From Berkelbacteria bacterium GW2011_GWE1_39_12 (GTDB taxonomy: Bacteria; Patescibacteriota; UBA1384; UBA12157), in contig CP011213.1 of assembly GCA_001029735.1 (NCBI GenBank), forward strand, positions 11,709 to 75,708: a stretch of 64,000 bases of DNA, given 5' to 3'. The position numbers and the translations under genes were made by a program. This document shows positions 38,744-45,531 of the stretch, piece by piece (the stretch's first letter is position 1; each line of letters begins with the position of its first letter). A model generated the notes under the pieces. It was not told the origin of the DNA, searched no databases, and was given only the letters and a program-made list of their open reading frames with translations.

Positions 38744-39849
38744 TTTTTCTTTAATTTTCCTTTAATGACATAACAGGTTCCACCAAGATTGGAAATCATG
38801 CCTTTCATTTCTAACATAATTAGGGTGCTGTTGACAAGGGGTGCGGGTAGTTTGGACGTTCGGATTATCTCATCAACTAGATTTGGTTTCTTTAGTAAGT
38901 TTAACAGAATTTCTTCTTCGGGGGTATCGGCTAGAATCTCTTGGGCCTCTTTTTGACCCGATTTTTCGGCGATCTGTAGATCTGTTAAAATGTCGTCTGC
39001 CTCTGTAACAAGCTTGGCCCCCATTTTGAGTAATTTATTCGGGCCTTCAGAGGTTTCCGAGTAAATATGGCCTGGCACGGCGTAAACTTCCCTGTTATAT
39101 TCTAACGCCGCTTTGGCGGTAATCAGCGAACCAGAATCAACCGCTGCTTCGATTACTAGAGTCCCAAGGCTCATTCCGGCAATAATGCGGTTTCGCATGG
39201 GGAAATTTGATCTGTAAGCCGGCATCCCGATTGGAAACTCGGAAATGATCGCTCCCCCACTCTGAAGAATTTTATCGGCTAAACGAGTGTTGGAAACAGG
39301 GTAAATTTGATCTAACCCACAGCCTAAAACCCCGATAGTTCGGCCTTTTGCCTCGAGAGCGGCTTGGTGAGCTAAGGCATCGATACCTAAAGCTAGACCT
39401 GAAACGATAGTTAATTTATTTTTGGCTAATTTGTAAACCAGATCTTCGGTTAATCTTTGGCCATAGGTAGTGTATTTACGAGAACCAACAACGGCCAGAG
39501 AAACTTCGTCTTCAGGCAAAAGTTTGCCTTTTATATATAGTACGGCCGGAAGATCGGGTATTTCTTTAAGTAGCGCCGGATATTCCTTGTCGGCTAGGGT
39601 AACAACGCTAATTCCCCTCTTTTCGGCTTCTTGGAGTGCCCGATCTGGGTCGACTTTCGAAATTACCTCTTTAACGGCATTAATTTGACCTAAGTCCAAA
39701 CCGGCAGCGGCCAAATCAACCTCTTTTGCGCTCCAAACAGCAGAGATTTTCTTAAACCTCTTATATAGTTTGCCAATGGTTCTGGCACCGATTTTTTGGT
39801 GAGTTGTGAGCGCCACGTAGTACTTTTTCTCGTCCAAATTTCCCTCCAC
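38740..39849 (-). CDS. dprA: DNA processing protein DprA (Smf)
   Basis: Rossmann-like DprA core with GCGLDQIYP motif. Confidence 0.85.
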   Translation of the reverse strand: MEGNLDEKKYYVALTTHQKIGARTIGKLYKRFKKISAVWSAKEVDLAAAGLDLGQINAVKEVISKVDPDRALQEAEKRGISVVTLADKEYPALLKEIPDLPAVLYIKGKLLPEDEVSLAVVGSRKYTTYGQRLTEDLVYKLAKNKLTIVSGLALGIDALAHQAALEAKGRTIGVLGCGLDQIYPVSNTRLADKILQSGGAIISEFPIGMPAYRSNFPMRNRIIAGMSLGTLVIEAAVDSGSLITAKAALEYNREVYAVPGHIYSETSEGPNKLLKMGAKLVTEADDILTDLQIAEKSGQKEAQEILADTPEEEILLNLLKKPNLVDEIIRTSKLPAPLVNSTLIMLEMKGMISNLGGTCYVIKGKLKKK

Positions 39850-39876
39850 TTATCTATTCTAACACAACCTTTATAC

Positions 39877-39905
39877 CTTGACATTTGACCTCTTTTATGG
39901 TATAT
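39877..39905 (+). promoter_or_regulatory. consensus sigma70 promoter TTGACA-N17-TATATT
   Basis: Hexamers at 39877-39882 and 39900-39905; about 95-nt leader before ATG 40003. Confidence 0.55.
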
Positions 39906-40002
39906 TATTTAAGTTCAGTCGTATGACTGGGCTCGTTCCACAGGGTGGAATAAGGGTGTAACTCCTCACCTTACAGGGAGTATCAGTTAAGGAGGTAAGT
40001 GT

Positions 40003-40311
40003 ATGCTTACCGAGAAAAAAAGATACGATATTTTCGCCGGTCAAGGAAGGTCAGATTTGATAACCTCATTCTTCGAGAAGGGTTGTCATTATCCTTTTCA
40101 ACTGCAGATTAAGACCGCAGACACGCAAAATACTAGCGCAAATCTTGAAGTGCGGCTGGAGTCGGTAATGTGGGAAGATAATTCCCGAGCCATCTGCATA
40201 CTCCAAGGCTATCTACAAGGTAGTCATCTCTATCCATTCAATGCGAATAGCAGGCATATCAAGGCCTGCTACAACACAGTTACGCGCAGAGGCTGGATAG
40301 AAACTATCTAA
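40003..40311 (+). CDS. hypothetical protein (102 aa) in a higher-GC cassette
   Basis: AAGGAGG SD; followed by terminator AAACCCC...GGGGTTT (40328-40355). Confidence 0.5.
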   Translation: MLTEKKRYDIFAGQGRSDLITSFFEKGCHYPFQLQIKTADTQNTSANLEVRLESVMWEDNSRAICILQGYLQGSHLYPFNANSRHIKACYNTVTRRGWIETI

Positions 40312-40366
40312 CATTGATCGCAATATCAAACCCCGAGCATTCGTGCCCGGGGTTTGTCATATCTAG

Positions 40367-40395
40367 TTGACTTTTTAATAAGTTTAGCGTACTAT
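40367..40395 (+). promoter_or_regulatory. sigma70-like promoter TTGACT-N17-TACTAT(AAT)
   Basis: Hexamers at 40367-40372 and 40390-40395. Confidence 0.5.
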
Positions 40396-40426
40396 AATTG
40401 GTCGAGTAGACAGAAAGAGGGAGACA

Positions 40427-40915
40427 ATGGAACCAGTGAAATTCCCAGATTGCATTCCAAAGGTTGGCGAGATTGTTCAAGTTGGCAACAGCCGGCGGAG
40501 CCTTGAAGCAAAAGTAAAGGCAAGATGGCCATCTGCTGATGGACGAACCTACTTCGTCCAATTGGACATCGACACACAGGTGATCCTGAGCATAACGCCC
40601 GATGCCGAAGAACGCGGTATGCTCGACAAGGCGAACAATCTTGTGCCATACTGGCGTGCCCATGAGGTATTCAGCGACACAAGGGTCGAACTGAGTCGAC
40701 CGGAGCACGAAGAAATATACAAGACTCCGAGAACGGTTCTGAGCACAAGAACTTCAAACTGTTTGATGAGGATGGCTGGTCTTTCGAATCTAGAGGAGAT
40801 CGCGAATTGCAGTGAGTCATATCTCCTACAGCTTCGAAATTTCGGTCCGAAGATGCTCGAAGAGGTCAAGGAAGTCTTAGCCAGCGCAGGTCTTTCATTG
40901 CGCAGCAACGACTAA
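40427..40915 (+). CDS. standalone protein with C-terminal RNA polymerase alpha-subunit C-terminal domain (alpha-CTD)-like helix-hairpin-helix; unknown N-terminal domain
   Basis: C-terminus LSTRTSNCLMRMAGLSNLEEIANCSESYLLQLRNFGPKMLEEVKEVLASAGLSL aligns with E. coli alpha-CTD [53 protein letters not shown], including the R265/N268/C269/G296/K298 equivalents. Confidence 0.6.
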   Translation: MEPVKFPDCIPKVGEIVQVGNSRRSLEAKVKARWPSADGRTYFVQLDIDTQVILSITPDAEERGMLDKANNLVPYWRAHEVFSDTRVELSRPEHEEIYKTPRTVLSTRTSNCLMRMAGLSNLEEIANCSESYLLQLRNFGPKMLEEVKEVLASAGLSLRSND

Positions 40916-40921
40916 CCAATA

Positions 40922-40951
40922 ACCCCGATACACATAGTTCGGGGTTTTTTA
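40922..40951 (+). terminator. strong intrinsic terminator
   Basis: AACCCCGAtacacatagTCGGGGTTtttt (8-bp perfect stem plus T6). Confidence 0.7.
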
Positions 40952-40961
40952 GTACTCACCC

Positions 40962-40989
40962 CTTGACAAATCTGAAAATTATGGTATAC
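40962..40989 (+). promoter_or_regulatory. consensus sigma70 promoter TTGACA-N16-TATACT driving an ORF-less transcript
   Basis: Hexamers at 40962-40967 and 40984-40989. Confidence 0.5.
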
Positions 40990-40995
40990 TTGGGA

Positions 40996-41212
40996 GGCCT
41001 TAAAAATTGAATATCTCTCCAGGTTGTAACTGGTTGGAAGTTGATTGAAACCGAACTCTTAAATTTTGGTCAACTTCTTTCCTATTACACTTAGCCCCGG
41101 CTTTGCACTTTAAAATTAAATTGAAGCCGGTCAAAACCTTCGGGTTGGCTCAAGCTCGTAAAGGAGAGGAAAAAAAAGTTGGACCTGCTCGCAAGAGTGG
41201 GTCCTTCTTTTT
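40996..41212 (+). ncRNA. candidate structured small RNA (about 215 nt), family unknown
   Basis: No ATG in the whole unit; hairpins including C(UUCG)G at AACCttcgGGTT, CCGGCTT...AAGCCGG, GAAGTTGA...TCAACTTC; ends in GNRA-capped hairpin GGACCTGCTCgcaaGAGTGGGTCC plus U-run. Confidence 0.35.
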
Positions 41213-41934
41213 TATCGCTTAAAATCTTGATAGAGCTCGCTAAAAATATCGTCGGCTAAAGAAACATAGAATTCATCGAGATCTTTTTTACTAGGCTTAT
41301 TTTTATTGAACGTTACGAAATCGGCATCTTCAATGATAGCCAATGGAGTCTGTTCCGATCCTTCACCCATCGCTAAGACAGCTGTAACGGCTAAGCCGTC
41401 AACTATATTTACTCTTTCAAACTGTAACTTCCGACCAAAAATATCTTCTTTCCCAATATAACTTTTGAGCGGTGAAAACCCGTAAAAGCCGATAGCGACA
41501 CCGAGAACACCACATCTGAGCGGCAATGATCTGCTATCGGTAATAATGACTCCGAAATCTGTTTTATTGTATTTTTTTGATAAGTACTCATAAATTTTCT
41601 TCGCTGTGTTTTGCGGATTTTTCGGCAATAAGATATAATCACCGTTCCCATTGGATTCGTCAATTCCAGCCCCGGAAATAAATGCGTTATGTTTTATGGT
41701 AAGGAGACGATTGTTACAATTTCTTTTGGCGGAGATATGGTCCGCTTCATCTTTTATTAAGAATTCTTTGTCGAGTTCTTTTGAAGCGATACGGTTTTCC
41801 ATTAAGGAAATTATTTTTGAGGTGATAACGATGATGGAATTATCTTTAATTGTTTTTATATATTCATTAAGAAATTGATCAGTTGATAGTTGATTTGCAA
41901 GAATCTTTTTAGTTTTTATAACTTTAATTTTCAT
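41212..41934 (-). CDS. CofE-family (F420-0:gamma-glutamyl ligase-like) protein
   Basis: SGAGIDESN and VIITDS...RCGVLGVAIG...GKEDIFGRKL...LAMGEGSEQTPLAIIED match CofE signatures. Confidence 0.6.
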   Translation of the reverse strand: MKIKVIKTKKILANQLSTDQFLNEYIKTIKDNSIIVITSKIISLMENRIASKELDKEFLIKDEADHISAKRNCNNRLLTIKHNAFISGAGIDESNGNGDYILLPKNPQNTAKKIYEYLSKKYNKTDFGVIITDSRSLPLRCGVLGVAIGFYGFSPLKSYIGKEDIFGRKLQFERVNIVDGLAVTAVLAMGEGSEQTPLAIIEDADFVTFNKNKPSKKDLDEFYVSLADDIFSELYQDFKR

Positions 41935-41946
41935 GCTTTGGATCTC

Positions 41947-42492
41947 TTATCTTAAAATTTTGTTTTCTTTTACATCATAAATGGTTGATGGAGAATGCAA
42001 AGAAATTATATCAGACTTAACTACAAGATCAACCTGTTCAAGAAGTTTTGGATTAATGTCGGAGTATCTTGCCGGCGTACTCTCCCCTGCTAGGTTGGCA
42101 GACGTTGCGACAATTGGACCGGAGATTTCTAATAGACTTTGCAGCCATTTATCATCTGGCACACGAACGCCGATTTTTTCGTCCTTCAAGACGATTTCCG
42201 GAAAAGCGATGTCGTATTTATTAGCATCCGCAATAATTGTCACTTGGCCCTCTGGATATTTTTCGTACTCGGGTTTTAATAGTTCTGGAATATCTTTTTT
42301 ACTCATTAAGACCGCTGTCGGCTGAGAAAACGGACGGTTTTTGATTTCATAAAGTCGCTCAATCGCCTTTTGATTTAATCCACAGCCAATTCCATAAACA
42401 GTATCTGTCGGGAATACAAAAATGCCGCCCGATTTTAGAACTTCGGCGGCATCTTTGAGTGAACTTATATTTTCTTGTTCAACTATCTTCAT
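41947..42492 (-). CDS. tsaC: L-threonylcarbamoyladenylate synthase, YrdC/TsaC domain
   Basis: FVFPTDTVYGIGC motif; 181 aa single domain. Confidence 0.8.
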   Translation of the reverse strand: MKIVEQENISSLKDAAEVLKSGGIFVFPTDTVYGIGCGLNQKAIERLYEIKNRPFSQPTAVLMSKKDIPELLKPEYEKYPEGQVTIIADANKYDIAFPEIVLKDEKIGVRVPDDKWLQSLLEISGPIVATSANLAGESTPARYSDINPKLLEQVDLVVKSDIISLHSPSTIYDVKENKILR

Positions 42493-42501
42493 ATTAAAAG
42501 A

Positions 42502-42927
42502 CTATTTAGCTAATTCTATTCCCATGCTGCGAGCAGTACCTAAAATAATTTTTTTGGCAGCTTCCATATCGCGAGCATTCAAATCGTCCATCTTGATTTT
42601 GGCGATTTCTTCGACTTGAGCATCGGTAACTTTGCCGACTTTTTCACGATTTGGGACGCCTGAACCTTTTTCGATTCCAGCGGCTTTGCGTAATAAAACG
42701 GCGGCAGGTGGAGATTTCAAAATGAAATCAAAGGTGCGATCTTCGTAAACAGTAATTTCTACTGGAACGACAGTATCACCCATTTGAGCGGTCGCGGCGT
42801 TGAACTTTGTAACAAAATCCATGATGTTCAAACCGTGCTGACCCAAGGCTGGACCGATCGGAGGCGCCGGATTAGCCTTGCCAGCTGGTGCTTGTAACTT
42901 GATAATTGTTTTAATTTTTTTTGCCAT
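42502..42927 (-). CDS. rplK: 50S ribosomal protein L11
   Basis: [32 protein letters not shown] signature. Confidence 0.9.
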   Translation of the reverse strand: MAKKIKTIIKLQAPAGKANPAPPIGPALGQHGLNIMDFVTKFNAATAQMGDTVVPVEITVYEDRTFDFILKSPPAAVLLRKAAGIEKGSGVPNREKVGKVTDAQVEEIAKIKMDDLNARDMEAAKKIILGTARSMGIELAK

Positions 42928-43011
42928 AATAATCCTAACTAATTACTAATCATACGAATGTACGAATCTTTATTGGTACATTTGTACCAAATTCGTAATT
43001 CGTTAGATAAT

Positions 43012-43734
43012 TTATACTTTTTTTACCTGCAGGAAGTCCAAGCTGACCGGAGTTTCGCGGCCAAACATGGAAACCAGGATTTTAACTTTACCTTTATCTT
43101 CGTCAATATCAGTGACTTTGGCTTCAAAGCCTTTTAACGGACCGTCAACGATTCTAACTAAGTCACCAGGACGGAATTCAATCTTATACTTTGGTTCTTC
43201 TACACCCATACGTTTCTTGATGCGATCAATTTCTTCCGGCATCATTGGGGTAGGTCTGACACCTAAACCGATAAAACCAGTAACGTTTGGTGTATTACGA
43301 ACGACATACCAAGAATCATCAGTAACAATCATCTCAACCATGACATAGCCAGGGAAGATTCTTTTTTCGACAGTGCGTCGTTTGCCGTTCTTAATTTCAA
43401 TTTGCTTTTCTTTTGGCACTAAAACTTGGAAAATCTTGTCTTCCATACCCAAGCTTTCGATTCTTTGTTTTAATTGATCGGAAACTTGTTCCTCATAACC
43501 GGAATAAGTATGAATTACGTACCAGCCGCGCTCGCCAGTCTGCTTTTGAGTTTTGATTTCTTCTTCGTCAGCTTCGGCTTGCTTTTCGGCTTTATCTTTT
43601 GCTTCTGGTTTATTCTCTTTTACTTCATCGACATTTTCCAATTCGCCGCCAGTTGCCTCTTCTAATTCAGCCACTTCGTCAGGGGTTTCTTTTTCAGTTT
43701 CTTTTGTTTGATCTACTTGCTCGTCTTTAGACAT
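43012..43734 (-). CDS. nusG: transcription termination/antitermination factor NusG with about 68-aa acidic N-terminal extension
   Basis: NGN domain GWYVIHTYSGYE...; KOW domain FRPGDLVRIVDGPLKGFEAKV; SD before ATG 43734. Confidence 0.9.
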   Translation of the reverse strand: MSKDEQVDQTKETEKETPDEVAELEEATGGELENVDEVKENKPEAKDKAEKQAEADEEEIKTQKQTGERGWYVIHTYSGYEEQVSDQLKQRIESLGMEDKIFQVLVPKEKQIEIKNGKRRTVEKRIFPGYVMVEMIVTDDSWYVVRNTPNVTGFIGLGVRPTPMMPEEIDRIKKRMGVEEPKYKIEFRPGDLVRIVDGPLKGFEAKVTDIDEDKGKVKILVSMFGRETPVSLDFLQVKKV

Positions 43735-43741
43735 TTTTTTC

Positions 43742-43933
43742 TCACTTTCCTTGTATTAACATTTGGACTAAGGTAAACAACCCAAAATCAACGGCTGCGA
43801 TGATTGCCATAGCAATCGCGGTTGATATCACAACAATGATTGTATGCGATGTTACTTCTTTGCGACTTGGCCAAACAACTTTTTTAAACTCTCCGTATGA
43901 TCCGATGAAGAATTTTTTAATTGCGTTGATCAT
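43742..43933 (-). CDS. secE: preprotein translocase subunit SecE
   Basis: 63 aa, single C-terminal TM; gene order secE-nusG-rplK. Confidence 0.8.
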   Translation of the reverse strand: MINAIKKFFIGSYGEFKKVVWPSRKEVTSHTIIVVISTAIAMAIIAAVDFGLFTLVQMLIQGK

Positions 43934-43970
43934 GGACTTTCCAATCTTTTGTTAATTAGGCGATAAGTTT

Positions 43971-44249
43971 TTAATTGATTCCTGTAATTTTAATTTCGGT
44001 ATAATTTTGGCGATGACCGTTAGTGCGGCTGTATCGCTTCTTTGGGTGTTGTTTAAAAACAACGATTTTATCTCGTTTTCCCTCGCTGATAATTTCAGCG
44101 GCAACCTTTTTACCGTTCAGCAAATCATCAAGCTCTAAGTTCTTTCCGTCAGCTGACGGATCGCTTTCGATTTTTTCTACTTTAATTTTGTCACCTACGA
44201 CAACTTTGTACTGTTTGCCGCCGGTTTTAATAACTGCGATGTCGCTCAT
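43971..44249 (-). CDS. rplU: 50S ribosomal protein L21 (start at MSDIAVIKTGGKQYKV; the track ORF extends 13 codons further upstream without an SD)
   Basis: AVIKTGGKQYKV and GHRQNYTEIKITGI signatures; AAAGGA SD before ATG 44249. Confidence 0.8.
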   Translation of the reverse strand: MSDIAVIKTGGKQYKVVVGDKIKVEKIESDPSADGKNLELDDLLNGKKVAAEIISEGKRDKIVVFKQHPKKRYSRTNGHRQNYTEIKITGIN

Positions 44250-44439
44250 AGGGTAGTCCTTTATATCTATACTTATCTTACCCTCCATCGCTTTTACTGT
44301 AAAACCGACTACGTCGTGTACTTACAGTGCAAGCTCTTGGCGGGTGAAATTGTTTTTTCAACAATTTCAAAAAATCCCCGAGGGGACTGTTGCATACTCA
44401 TTATATGATTAACAAGTCCCATTGTCAAGCCCTTTATTG

Positions 44440-45531
44440 TTAAAAAGTTATCTTTCGATGACGGAGGTAAATACTCTGCAATATGCCGATGGCGGCCATG
44501 TTTGTAATCATCGACGAACCTCCCGACGAAACAAAAGGCAGCGGAATACCCGTCACTGGCATAATACCAAGATTCATACCGATATTTACTAGAATTTGAA
44601 AAAGAAAAATTCCGGCAATTCCCCCGGACAAATACATGCCAAAATTATCTTTCGCTATAACTGCTACGTTAATTGTCCTCATAACCAAAAGGATAAGCAA
44701 GATAATTAAAAAAGTCGAACCAATAAAACCAGTTGCTTCTGCCGTGCCAGCGAAAATAAAATCAGTATGCGAAACAGGTAAAAAGTTTAATTGGCTTTGA
44801 GATCCTTTACCTAGGCCAGTACCCCAAAGACCACCAGAGCCAACAGCAATTTTTGCTTGAGAAACATTATAACCTGTTCCATGTGGATCGGCCGAAGGAT
44901 TTATAAAACTTGTGATTCTAAGCTGTTGGTACGGTTTTAAATAATGCCAACCAAGCGGTGAAATTACCACTGCGATAGCTAAGGCAACAATCAAATATAT
45001 TTTTTTTATTGGAGAAAGAAAAAGAACAGTAAGCAGTCCAATAAATATTACGGAGGCTGTTCCTAAATCTGGCTGGCGTAAAATTAATAAGGTAGGCACT
45101 CCAACCAAAGCCAGAATAAAAATTATTTTCCTCAAATCTAGTTCTTGCCAATCAGAAAAAAACTTAGCGAGAACAATTAAGATAATAATCTTAAAAAGTT
45201 CGGAGGGTTGAAGTTGAAAAAATTTCAAATCTATCCAACGCGTGGCACCAAAACTTTTTGAACCGATCAATAAAACTGCGATCAGTAAAATTACACCAAT
45301 TATATAAAGAACCAGCGAAAGACCTTTAAGTGTGCGGTAATCTAAATACGTTAAAAAGACCGTGGCTGCGATCCCGATTAAAAAAAACTCAATTTGATTA
45401 AGAGCAAGTGTAGAGTTAGTGCCATAACTAATTGAAAAAATGACAGCCGTGCCCAAACCGGTCAATAATAATGGTAATAAAAACAAAGACCAATCTAAAC
45501 CCAGTGTAAATTTGAGACGCGATAGTTTCAC
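44440..45531 (-). CDS. ftsW: SEDS-family peptidoglycan polymerase (FtsW/RodA)
   Basis: 10 TM helices; conserved SEDS loop ...PVSHTDFIFA... Confidence 0.85.
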   Translation of the reverse strand: MKLSRLKFTLGLDWSLFLLPLLLTGLGTAVIFSISYGTNSTLALNQIEFFLIGIAATVFLTYLDYRTLKGLSLVLYIIGVILLIAVLLIGSKSFGATRWIDLKFFQLQPSELFKIIILIVLAKFFSDWQELDLRKIIFILALVGVPTLLILRQPDLGTASVIFIGLLTVLFLSPIKKIYLIVALAIAVVISPLGWHYLKPYQQLRITSFINPSADPHGTGYNVSQAKIAVGSGGLWGTGLGKGSQSQLNFLPVSHTDFIFAGTAEATGFIGSTFLIILLILLVMRTINVAVIAKDNFGMYLSGGIAGIFLFQILVNIGMNLGIMPVTGIPLPFVSSGGSSMITNMAAIGILQSIYLRHRKITF

